The notes under the pieces were generated by a model that was not told the DNA's origin, did not search any database, and saw nothing but the letters and a program-made list of their open reading frames with translations. A program made the position numbers and the translations under genes. From Candidatus Micrarchaeota archaeon (GTDB taxonomy: Archaea > B1Sed10-29), in NCBI GenBank assembly GCA_964579265.1, contig CAZOFO010000005.1, positions 2,390 through 42,114 of the forward strand: DNA of 39,725 nt, given 5' to 3'. Below, piece by piece: positions 30,077-38,821 of this stretch; positions within the stretch are counted from its first letter, which is position 1, and the number at the start of each line of letters is the position of its first letter.

Positions 30077-31291
30077 TTAAACTATTGAGACGTAGTTCTT
30101 ACGAGCCACTACAATGGATCCAATAGGTTTATTGATTCTTTTTCCTTTTCTCTGATCGTAGATAGAAACTAGATTATTCTCTTTGTCCAGAGTTATCACT
30201 GAACCTATTTTTCTACCGCTTAGATCGTATACCTCTTGACCTGTTTTAATCCGTGGATACACGTACCTCTTGACAAAGAAATCTCTGACCATTGCCAGCA
30301 TAATTATTACGACTAGGAAAGCTACTAAAGTAAATACTATAAAGTTATCTAGGGTCATTTGGCCTATCATGACTCTAGTTCCCCACAGGAAGATTAACCA
30401 GACGGCTATGAGCGAAACAAATGTAAGCAAGTGTTTCTTTATTTTTCTTACATTCCTTTCTGAGTGTCTGTCTCCTATTCTACCTATTAGGAAAAGAATT
30501 CCAGCAACCAGGAAAAGATTTATGAATCCGTATGCAAAACCTGCTCCCTGAAGGATTAAAGGTTCACCTACATACTGGTTCATTTCCTCTAAACCACTCC
30601 AGAAAGCCAGGATAAAACTAAGCATAGATCCCACGTAGAGAGGGAATGTAGCTCTACTTACGCTGGTAGTTTCTTTGAAACTTCTAGCTGCTTTTAGTAA
30701 TTTTCCTTCTATCCCAAATCCTTTCAAGACTAAATAAGCTCCAATACCTACCAGGACTATTTGAACTCCTAGTTCTTGGAATATTGCGATGATTAATAAT
30801 ATTATACCGGGTAAACCAAATATTATCCTGCCTATTGTCGGATCTTTCAAAGCTTCTTTCAAAACGTAGTACCTTCTCTCGAGCTCTTCACTCTGTTCAA
30901 CTATGACTGTCTTCTTCGAAACTATATCTATCCTGGATTCAATTATAGGCATTATCTGATCATCATGAGAACCATCTGTGACTAAATAAACCCCGTCCAA
31001 ATCATCTCTTCCTTTCAGTAAGTAATCAAGTTGATCTGCAACTTCTTTATCAGCTCTATAACCTCCTTTTTTATCCCCTGTAACTGTGAATATATCAACC
31101 GCGTCTCCGACCTCTTCGTAAAGCTTCACAGCCTGAAAAATAGCATTAGTATCGGATTCAGAAGGATCAGCTACACCTAGTCTCTTAGCTGCTTCTAGAT
31201 TTTTCTCCTTCCCTTCGACCGGTCCCTTTATACCGGCTTTTTTACCTAGGTCGTCATCCCGATCAACACATAGAATAGCTATCTTAGCCAT
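30077..31291 (-). CDS. Membrane protein with an N-terminal cytoplasmic domain (DUF373-like), hypothetical
   Basis: MAKIAILCVDRDDDLGKK… soluble domain followed by about six TM helices. DUF373 resemblance is from memory. Confidence 0.45.
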   Translation of the reverse strand: MAKIAILCVDRDDDLGKKAGIKGPVEGKEKNLEAAKRLGVADPSESDTNAIFQAVKLYEEVGDAVDIFTVTGDKKGGYRADKEVADQLDYLLKGRDDLDGVYLVTDGSHDDQIMPIIESRIDIVSKKTVIVEQSEELERRYYVLKEALKDPTIGRIIFGLPGIILLIIAIFQELGVQIVLVGIGAYLVLKGFGIEGKLLKAARSFKETTSVSRATFPLYVGSMLSFILAFWSGLEEMNQYVGEPLILQGAGFAYGFINLFLVAGILFLIGRIGDRHSERNVRKIKKHLLTFVSLIAVWLIFLWGTRVMIGQMTLDNFIVFTLVAFLVVIIMLAMVRDFFVKRYVYPRIKTGQEVYDLSGRKIGSVITLDKENNLVSIYDQRKGKRINKPIGSIVVARKNYVSIV

Positions 31292-31483
31292 ATTGATTCC
31301 TCTAAATCTCCTTATATATTTTACTCGTCTCGAGTAATCACATTATTTTATAAAGCCTCAGGGTTTTTATATATATCAGAGCGAGAGAATACATGGAAAG
31401 AACCAACCAGGATTTGCAAAAATAATTGAAAATTTATATAACGCGGGACAAATAAAGAAAAATGAATCGATAGGGTTTTAAAA

Positions 31484-32497
31484 ATGGTGGATAGAAACGA
31501 AGAAGAAAAAAGAGCAATGATATTCTTCACAATAATAATAGGTGCAGCTCTAATAATAGGTCTATTCTGGTTCTTAGATATGCTCACTACTATAGTATTA
31601 CTTATAATAATCTTTGTAGTCCTACTGATACTCTACCAACAGTTCCCAAATTTCTTCACCGAAGTGAAACAATACCAGAGAGCAGTTGTATTCCGTATGG
31701 GTAAATTCAGAAAAGTAGCGGAACCAGGTTGGCTATTCGTTATCCCTTTCATAGAATCATTCAAAGTAGTGGACATGCGGGAAAGAATGATCGACCTAGA
31801 ACACCAGATGGTAGTGACAGAAGATAACATAGAGCTTGAATTCGATGTAATAATCTACCTCAAAGTAACAAATGCAAAGAAAGCAGTAATAGAAGTAGAG
31901 AACTACAAAGAAGCATCAAAAAATAGAATACAAGGTAGACTAAGAGCTATAGCAGGTAACATGAAAATGACGGAGATAGTGAGCCATATAGATAAGATAA
32001 GCCAAGAACTATTTGAATACATGCAAAAAGTAGAAGAGGAATGGGGAATCAAGTTTCCAAACGTGGAAGTAAGAGAGGTATACATACCTGACACAGTTCA
32101 AGATGCTGTACAAGAAAGAAGAGCAGCTACAGAGAAAAAACAACAACTAATAGAAGAAGCAAAAGGTAAAAAAGGAGAAATAGACCAAATAAGAGAAGCA
32201 GCAGACGAATTAGGACCAGCCGCACTACAGTACTACTACCTACAGACACTACAAGACATGGGTGAAGGAAAATCAAGTAAAATAATATTCCCACTAGAAC
32301 TATCAAAACTCGCAAGCGGTCTTTCAGATAAAATATCAGGAGTAAGCCTTGGAGAAGCACAAGAAACACTAGCTGATAAATACAATAGAATGAGAAAAGA
32401 AGGAAAGGATAAAGAATCAATAATAGAAGAACTCAAAAAAGAGATAGAAAAAGGCGAGATAAAAGAAGATCTAAAAGAAGAAGAGGAAGAAGATTAG
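31484..32497 (+). CDS. SPFH/Band-7 (stomatin/prohibitin-like) membrane protein
   Basis: N-terminal TM, then RAVVFRMGKF…PGWLFVIPFIE…DLEHQMVVTEDNIELEFDVIIY…, and a C-terminal acidic coiled coil. Confidence 0.85.
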   Translation: MVDRNEEEKRAMIFFTIIIGAALIIGLFWFLDMLTTIVLLIIIFVVLLILYQQFPNFFTEVKQYQRAVVFRMGKFRKVAEPGWLFVIPFIESFKVVDMRERMIDLEHQMVVTEDNIELEFDVIIYLKVTNAKKAVIEVENYKEASKNRIQGRLRAIAGNMKMTEIVSHIDKISQELFEYMQKVEEEWGIKFPNVEVREVYIPDTVQDAVQERRAATEKKQQLIEEAKGKKGEIDQIREAADELGPAALQYYYLQTLQDMGEGKSSKIIFPLELSKLASGLSDKISGVSLGEAQETLADKYNRMRKEGKDKESIIEELKKEIEKGEIKEDLKEEEEED

Positions 32498-32534
32498 AGT
32501 ATAAAGAATAAACTAATTTCTTTCGAAATCTCTG

Positions 32535-33422
32535 TTAAACCCCTACTTCTACAAGAGCACCGATTATCAGTAACAAGATAGCTATTCCAAAGTATATACT
32601 GGAGTCTATAATAACCTGTTTCAAGTGTCTGAACTTTGTTCTCCTACATTTTATGCTCTCTTGGATAACACCAGCTGATAGAACTCCTCCTGCAACAGCC
32701 CCAGCAAAATAAGCTCCAAATTCAAATATACCATGAGGCAAGAGCCTTAAGATGGTGGTTGGCAGAGCAACCAAGTAATTAGTGAAAAGGTTACCAGTAT
32801 CACCGAGACCTAATAATTCAGGGTTTTCAGCAATCCTACCCACCAATACCCCTATTATGGAAGCATTCCACGAAACCAGAAAAACAGCTCCAGCACCGAA
32901 AATGAAAGAGAATAAGAAAGCAAGCCCCAAAACCACTGTATTATTAACCAAAATCTCCGTGAAACTTGGAACTTGAGTTACAGGTCCAGCCGCCTCTCCA
33001 GTTACAATCCCCCTAGCTTCCAAATCATCAACCTGGCTTCTAAACATGTCACTAGAGGTCTCTCCAGGAGCTACAACGTAAACAAAACTTGTTGCAAATA
33101 ATACAGCTAAGAAGAAAAAAGCAAATATCTCTATAACATCCAGGTGATGAGTGAAAAGATTTTTAGTAAAGATCCTATCTTCTTGCTTTCTCAATTCTTC
33201 TTTTTCCTCCACTTTGAACAATTGAACAAAGAAAGGAGCTGCCGGAATACATATAAATGAGATTATAAGGAAACCAAGACCAGCCGCACCATGTTTAGGA
33301 GGTATAATACCAATAGCGAATAATACCGCTGCAAAAGTAAAAATACATCCCGCTAAAAATGCTTCGAATCTCTTACTGGATTCGGCTCTTATCTCTTCAG
33401 GATTGAAAAGCGATTCAATCAT
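32535..33422 (-). CDS. SpoIIM-like (DUF95/COG1300) polytopic membrane protein. The probable start is internal Met 34 of the track ORF 32535..33521.
   Basis: Motif LLPHGIFEFGAYFAGAVAGG and several TM helices. The upstream 33 codons of the track ORF look like non-coding read-through. Confidence 0.5.
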   Translation of the reverse strand: MIESLFNPEEIRAESSKRFEAFLAGCIFTFAAVLFAIGIIPPKHGAAGLGFLIISFICIPAAPFFVQLFKVEEKEELRKQEDRIFTKNLFTHHLDVIEIFAFFFLAVLFATSFVYVVAPGETSSDMFRSQVDDLEARGIVTGEAAGPVTQVPSFTEILVNNTVVLGLAFLFSFIFGAGAVFLVSWNASIIGVLVGRIAENPELLGLGDTGNLFTNYLVALPTTILRLLPHGIFEFGAYFAGAVAGGVLSAGVIQESIKCRRTKFRHLKQVIIDSSIYFGIAILLLIIGALVEVGV

Positions 33423-33600
33423 GGTCTTCCCAATTAACTTAATTAATTTAATCCTTAAAATAAACTCCCTTTTTTTACAGATAAATTTGATTAAAACCAA
33501 AAATAGGAAAGACCGTACCAAAGTTATTTATAAGTTCAATTCTTAATTACAGTCAAAGAAAAAATTTTTTAACAGAAACTGGATTGAGGTAAGGGATATA

Positions 33601-33894
33601 ATGAGAAATATATCACAAGGAGCACTTGAATATATGATAATAATAGCAGCAGTTCTATCCATTGCAGCAATGGTCACAGTATTCCTAACCGGAGCATTAG
33701 AAGGAAGAAGAGAAGAAGCACTAGTAAGCGAATGTAGATCAGCAGCAGCACAGTGTAAACAAGATCAATTGATTTCTCCAGAGACAGAATGCCCACAGTG
33801 CGAAGTATGCGGAGAATTAGCAGAAATAGACGGATACGAAGATGCAGAAGAACACTGCAGAGCAGGAGAACCTGAAAGAATAGGAACAGGGTAA
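33601..33894 (+). CDS. Class-III-signal (pilin-like) Cys-rich protein, paralog A
   Basis: SQGA|LEYMIIIAAVLSIAAMVTVFL, then ECRSAAAQC…C-x2-C-x2-C…C (six Cys). Shares its 5' region with 37300 and 37717 at the nucleotide level. Confidence 0.55.
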   Translation: MRNISQGALEYMIIIAAVLSIAAMVTVFLTGALEGRREEALVSECRSAAAQCKQDQLISPETECPQCEVCGELAEIDGYEDAEEHCRAGEPERIGTG

Positions 33895-34058
33895 ATTAAT
33901 CGAAATACTTTTCCCAATTTTAATTCTATAAACTACTTCTCAATCATGCCTCTATGTAAAGAGATATAAAAAGAGAGACAAACAAAATATTACACTGTTG
34001 AAGATAAAAAATAGAAAAATTCTAAATAAAACAAAAAAAGAAAAAAGGAGGATAAAAA

Positions 34059-34628
34059 ATGTTCACACTACCAGGAGAATACATAGGAACACCAGAAGAA
34101 TACGACACAGGATTCGGAACCTACAAAAACATAGAAAAAGGAGAAATAAGATCATCAAATATAGGAAAACTAAAACTAAACAAAGAAAAACACAAAGCAG
34201 AAGTAAAAACAGATACCAAAATACCCAAAATGCAGTCACCAGGAACAATAATACTTGGAAAAGTCACAAAAACAAGAGACCAAGTAATAGAAATAGAACC
34301 AGCACCATTCGAATCAAAGAAATTCAAATTCGTACCAAACGAAAAACCAGCAATCCTACATATCAGCAACATAAAAGACGACTACATAGACAATATAAAA
34401 ACACAGTACAAAATAGGAGACATAGTAAGAGCAAAAATAACAGGAATGGATGAAACAACAGTTGAACTAGCAACCGATCAAGGTAACCTAGGAACAGTAA
34501 AAGCTTACTGCTCCAAATGCAGACAACCAATGGAGAAAATAGGCAAAGATAAAGTCAAGTGCAAAGAATGCGGTAATGTAACCACAAGGAAAACTGCAAA
34601 AGACTACGGAGAAGGAAATGTAAAATAA
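34059..34628 (+). CDS. csl4: Exosome subunit Csl4 (S1 domain plus C-terminal zinc ribbon)
   Basis: N-terminus FTLPGEYIGTPEEYDTGFGTY, an S1-like central region, and C-terminal CSKCRQPM…CKECG. GGAGG lies 8 nt upstream. Adjacent to rpoL, as in the archaeal exosome superoperon. Confidence 0.8.
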   Translation: MFTLPGEYIGTPEEYDTGFGTYKNIEKGEIRSSNIGKLKLNKEKHKAEVKTDTKIPKMQSPGTIILGKVTKTRDQVIEIEPAPFESKKFKFVPNEKPAILHISNIKDDYIDNIKTQYKIGDIVRAKITGMDETTVELATDQGNLGTVKAYCSKCRQPMEKIGKDKVKCKECGNVTTRKTAKDYGEGNVK

Positions 34629-34653
34629 AATTCAACTAAAAAAAGGTGAAAAA

Positions 34654-34923
34654 ATGGAAATAGAAATCAAAGACCAAGAGGAAACCGGAGAAAACGAAAT
34701 CAAATTCGAAATCAAGGAAGAAGACCACACATTTGCAAATCTTTTAGTAAACACTCTACAAGAAATGGAAGAAGTAAAAATAGCACAATACGATATAAAA
34801 CACCCAAAACTAAGTTCACCTAATTTCTACTTGGAAACAAAAGAAAAAGAACCAAAAGAAGTTATTAAAAAAGCAGGAAAAGAAATACAAGAAACAATAG
34901 AAGACCTAGAAAACCAACTTTAG
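34654..34923 (+). CDS. rpoL: DNA-directed RNA polymerase subunit L (Rpb11 homolog)
   Basis: …EIKFEIKEEDHTFANLL…VKIAQYDIKHPKLSSPNFYLET matches the RpoL EDHT(L/F).NLL … Y.I.HP core. GGTGA sits upstream. Confidence 0.8.
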   Translation: MEIEIKDQEETGENEIKFEIKEEDHTFANLLVNTLQEMEEVKIAQYDIKHPKLSSPNFYLETKEKEPKEVIKKAGKEIQETIEDLENQL

Positions 34924-35056
34924 AAAATCCAAAGGGTGTAAAAAAATCAAAAAACCTAAAACCCTAGCAGTAAACGACGGTTCATTCAAAAGAGAAAAAC
35001 AAGAAAAAACCATAGCAACAGCAGTAGAAACACAGGGAAAAATCTATATAGAAAAA

Positions 35057-35512
35057 GTGGAAACAGAAAAGATAAAAATAGACGGAGACGAAGCAACCGA
35101 AAAAATAATTAAAATCCACAAAAAACCTAGATACACAGAACAAATCAACCTAATCCTACTCCAAGGCACTACAATAGCAGGTCTCAACATAATAGACATC
35201 CATAAAATACAAAAAGAAACTGAAAAACCAGTAATAACCACCTTGAAACAAAAACCAAGCAAGAAAAGGATAAAAAAAGCCATAAAAAACACTGAAAACT
35301 CTGAGAAAAAACTGGAAAAAATAGAGAAAAACCCGGAATACCAAAAACACCCTGGAAAAAATCTACACTACACCTCAACAGGCATGAAAAATGAAAAAGC
35401 AGAAATAGTAATAGAAAGATTAATACATAGAGGAAATATCCCGGAACCACTCAGAATAGCTAGCGTAATAGCAAAAGGAATAACAAAGAAACAACTAGAG
35501 GATCAAAAATGA
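35057..35512 (+). CDS. DUF99/UPF0215 protein (EndoV-like fold; member of the archaeal exosome superoperon). Coordinates are from the first ATG; homology appears to continue upstream.
   Basis: C-terminal NIPEPLRIASVIAKG is the DUF99 hallmark. The open frame upstream encodes …LAVNDGSFKRE, matching the N-terminal GxDDGxF motif, but there is no canonical start codon there. Confidence 0.65.
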   Translation: METEKIKIDGDEATEKIIKIHKKPRYTEQINLILLQGTTIAGLNIIDIHKIQKETEKPVITTLKQKPSKKRIKKAIKNTENSEKKLEKIEKNPEYQKHPGKNLHYTSTGMKNEKAEIVIERLIHRGNIPEPLRIASVIAKGITKKQLEDQK

Positions 35513-36363
35513 AGAAAAAACTCAAAAAACTAAAAGAAAAAACAAAAAACTCCCTGAGCAAACTGAAGAAAAAGATAAAAGGAAAAGAAAAAAAAGAAAA
35601 ACTAACCCGAAAACAACGAATAATAAAAGAAATAAGAGACTGGGGAATATCAATAGCAGCAGCACTACTAATATACTACGTTATACTACCAGCCATACTA
35701 GGAACAAGCACACCAATGGTAATAGTATCCAGCTGCAGTCAAGAACCACACCTAAATATAGGAGATGTTCTAATACTACAAGGAACCTCAATGGAAGAAA
35801 TAGAAGCGCCAACAGTAAAAATAGAAGAAGAACTTAACTACACCTACAACAACGAAACCAATAGAATCGTCATAAACGGACAAGAAATAGAAACAGACAC
35901 GGAAAACGACATAGTAACCTACATACCAGAACCACCCGGCACACAAGTGATACATAGGTCCCTTGCAAAAATAGAGTTCTCAGAAAACGCCTCTCCTGAA
36001 TTCCTCGCGGGAGAAAAAATACTCCTAACCCAAGGAGACGCAAACCCCATACCCGACCAAGTTACCAGAGAGGAGATAAACGCAGGGAAAAGAGCAATGT
36101 GTATCTCACTAGAACAAGAAGGAATGATAGTAAACCTACCGCATGACATGGATCTAGAAGGACAAGAAGACTTGAAGATAATCCCACACGGTATTGAAAC
36201 ATGTCTCTCAACACCTGTAACAGAAGAAAGAATAGTTGGAAGAAAAACAGGTCCAAGAATACCTCTACTAGGACACGTAAAACTATTCTTCTGTGATGTA
36301 ATGCCATTCTGCGATGGACATGCAAATCCAGGGACCGAATACGAATACAAATTAAGCTGCTGA
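35509..36363 (+). CDS. Signal peptidase I, archaeal Sec11/S26B-like, with a C-terminal extension
   Basis: TM anchor, box-B-like SSCSQEP, box C GDVLIL, box D IHRSL, box E QGDANPIPD. Its ATGA start overlaps the DUF99 stop. Confidence 0.55.
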   Translation: MKKKLKKLKEKTKNSLSKLKKKIKGKEKKEKLTRKQRIIKEIRDWGISIAAALLIYYVILPAILGTSTPMVIVSSCSQEPHLNIGDVLILQGTSMEEIEAPTVKIEEELNYTYNNETNRIVINGQEIETDTENDIVTYIPEPPGTQVIHRSLAKIEFSENASPEFLAGEKILLTQGDANPIPDQVTREEINAGKRAMCISLEQEGMIVNLPHDMDLEGQEDLKIIPHGIETCLSTPVTEERIVGRKTGPRIPLLGHVKLFFCDVMPFCDGHANPGTEYEYKLSC

Positions 36364-36483
36364 AAAATATAGAAAAACCACCAAACTAAAAGAACCAGAC
36401 TTCAACAAGAAACAATAAATAAACGGAACCCATAAAAAAATACGAACATAAACAAAAATCAGGAAATAGGAGGAGATTCAAAA

Positions 36484-37227
36484 ATGTTCGATATCACCCT
36501 AGAAAACGCACAGAACTTCAAAAAATGCATGAATACTCTAAACACACTTATAGATGAAGGAAAATTCAAGATAGACGAACAAGGGGTAAAACTAAAAGCA
36601 ATGGATCCATCACAAATAGCCATGGTAAGTTTTCAACTACCAAAACAAGCATTCGAAGAATTTGAAGTGGAAGAAGATGAAATACAGCTAAATCTAAATG
36701 ACCTAAACGACAGAACAAAAAGAGCAAGATCAAGCGATTCATTAAACCTAAAACTAGATGAATCAGGCTCTAGATTAAAAATAAATTTCCAAGGAAAGAT
36801 CGAAAGAGAATTCGACCTACCACTCCTAAACCTATCAGAAGAAGGAGTAAACGAACCCTCAGTAAAATTCGACAACGAACTAAAAATAAACGGTTCAACA
36901 CTAAAAGAAATACTAAAAGACGCGGATCTAGTAGCAAGCCACGTAACACTAAAAGCAACACCAGAAGGACTACAAATAAAAGCAGAAGGGGATAAAGGAA
37001 ATCTAGAAACCTCAATAAACAAAGAAGAAGACATAATACTCGACTACAACGTGGAAAACGAACAAAAAGCAATATTCCCAATAGAATACCTAAAAGACTT
37101 GCTTGCAGGAGCAACATCCAAAAGCATAGTCACAATAAACCTCAAGACAAACAATCCTCTAAAAATGAAATACGGTATAGGAGAAGCAACTTTAACCTAC
37201 TACCTAGCACCAAGAGTGGAAGAATAA
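36484..37227 (+). CDS. pcn: PCNA sliding clamp
   Basis: MFDITLENAQNFKKCMNTLNTLIDEGKFKIDEQGVKLKAMDPSQIAMVSF…, 247 aa. AGGAGG lies 8 nt upstream. Confidence 0.9.
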   Translation: MFDITLENAQNFKKCMNTLNTLIDEGKFKIDEQGVKLKAMDPSQIAMVSFQLPKQAFEEFEVEEDEIQLNLNDLNDRTKRARSSDSLNLKLDESGSRLKINFQGKIEREFDLPLLNLSEEGVNEPSVKFDNELKINGSTLKEILKDADLVASHVTLKATPEGLQIKAEGDKGNLETSINKEEDIILDYNVENEQKAIFPIEYLKDLLAGATSKSIVTINLKTNNPLKMKYGIGEATLTYYLAPRVEE

Positions 37228-37299
37228 ATCCGAATAGAATCGGATAACCAAGGAAAAATATAAAAACCAACTCTTCTTAACTATACATAGGAATAAAAA

Positions 37300-37635
37300 A
37301 TGAACCGTAAAAAAACAAAATCAGAACAAAAATCTCAAGGGGCAATGGAGTACATGATAATAATAGCAGCAGTACTGATAATAGCAGCGGTGACCACAAT
37401 GCTCATAACCAGAACCACAGGAAGACAAAGAGAGGAAGTACAGATAGAGGAGTGTAGATCAGCAGCAGCACAATGTTCTACAGAACACGCACGTTACGAA
37501 GACCCAGCATGTGAATTCTGCGTGAATGCATGCGAACCAGTGGAAGAAAACGACTTAATGGAAAATGCAGTAGACTGCTGCAAAGCAGGAATGGAAGAAA
37601 AGATATACATGGACTCAGAAGAGGATTGCTCATAG
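37300..37635 (+). CDS. Class-III-signal (pilin-like) Cys-rich protein, paralog B
   Basis: SQGA|MEYMIIIAAVLIIAAVTTML, then ECRSAAAQC…C-x2-C-x3-C…CC…C (eight Cys). Confidence 0.55.
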   Translation: MNRKKTKSEQKSQGAMEYMIIIAAVLIIAAVTTMLITRTTGRQREEVQIEECRSAAAQCSTEHARYEDPACEFCVNACEPVEENDLMENAVDCCKAGMEEKIYMDSEEDCS

Positions 37636-37716
37636 TAAAAATAAATATCTAAATAAGAAAATAATAAAATACCGAAACACTTAAAAATAGAACTTCCTTT
37701 AATAGATTAAAAATTA

Positions 37717-38793
37717 ATGGATGGAAAAATGATTTTTCATAAGAAATCAAGAAGACAACGTTCCCAAGGAGCAATGGAGTACCTAATAATAATAGCAGCA
37801 GTACTAATTGTAGCAGCAGTAACAACGATGCTGGTTACAGGTACGGTTGGAGAACAAAGAGAAGACGTATTAATAGAACAATGTAGATCAGCAGCAACAC
37901 AATGTGAATTACAAAGAAGAGGAGATCCTGACGCTGACTGCGATTTCTGCGAAGAACAATGCGTGGATCAAGAAGGAGAAGAAATATTCGAAGGAGCAAT
38001 AGACTGCTGTAAACTAGGAATGGACGAAGAAATATACATAGGGTCGGATGGCTGCGGAGACTTAATAGAGGTCACTGCAGATTTTTCACACGATCCGCTA
38101 AATCCCACAGCAGGATCAGAAGTAGAATTCACAGATCAATCAACAGTAAACCATCCTGATTACGATATAGTCGACTGGGAATGGGATTTTGGAGACGGAG
38201 GGACCTCAAGCCAACAAAACCCAACTCACACTTATGATTCAGAAGGAACATACACAGTAGAACTGCAAGTATGGGATGAGGAAGGAAACACTGATACAAC
38301 TCAAGAAACTTTGGAAGTATCTGAATACGTTTACCTAGAGACTGACTACGAAGGAGAAGGAGAAATAGATGTAGATCCACCAGATATCGAAGGAAGATAT
38401 GAGGCAGGAACGGAAATAACACTCACCGCCGAACCATACGAACTTGAAGATTACTACCTCTACGAATGGAAAGATGCAGAAGGAAGCACAACAGAATGCA
38501 TAGGAGAAGACGAAACATGCACCTTCACCATAGAAGAAAATTCAGAAATAACAGCAGTATTCATAGATGAATACGCCGTCAACTTCACCGAAGAAAAAAC
38601 ATACATAGAGGTAGATATAGAGGAAAAAGAAACAATATCCTTCTGGGCTAGAAATGAAGATGAAGAATGGACACATTACGCAGTATCAGGCGGAACCCAA
38701 TATGTAAACGGAGAACAACAGCAGTTTGACAATACTTACTACCTAGAAGAAGAAGGAAAACTCAAAATAGGGATATATCGTTTCGATGATTAA
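37717..38793 (+). CDS. Class-III-signal Cys-rich protein, paralog C, fused to a PKD domain and a divergent-InlB-B-repeat-like β module
   Basis: SQGA|MEYLIIIAAVLIVAAVTTML with the same eight-Cys spacing. PKD motif WDFGDGGTS…NPTHTY…GTYTVELQVWD at about 38065-38320. It is followed by a GEGEIDVDP…YEAGTEITLTAEP…Y.YEW…TCTFTIEENSEITAVF unit. Confidence 0.65.
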   Translation: MDGKMIFHKKSRRQRSQGAMEYLIIIAAVLIVAAVTTMLVTGTVGEQREDVLIEQCRSAATQCELQRRGDPDADCDFCEEQCVDQEGEEIFEGAIDCCKLGMDEEIYIGSDGCGDLIEVTADFSHDPLNPTAGSEVEFTDQSTVNHPDYDIVDWEWDFGDGGTSSQQNPTHTYDSEGTYTVELQVWDEEGNTDTTQETLEVSEYVYLETDYEGEGEIDVDPPDIEGRYEAGTEITLTAEPYELEDYYLYEWKDAEGSTTECIGEDETCTFTIEENSEITAVFIDEYAVNFTEEKTYIEVDIEEKETISFWARNEDEEWTHYAVSGGTQYVNGEQQQFDNTYYLEEEGKLKIGIYRFDD

Positions 38794-38821
38794 TAATAAA
38801 AATATTTAAGGTGAACAAAAA

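Noticed and set aside
33998-34453. 151-aa R/K-rich ORF (MKIKNRKILNKTKKEKRRIKN…) on the plus strand
   Set aside because: It lies in an alternative frame of the well-supported Csl4 gene (34059-34628). It is purely low-complexity basic sequence generated by A-rich coding, so it is a frame artefact.
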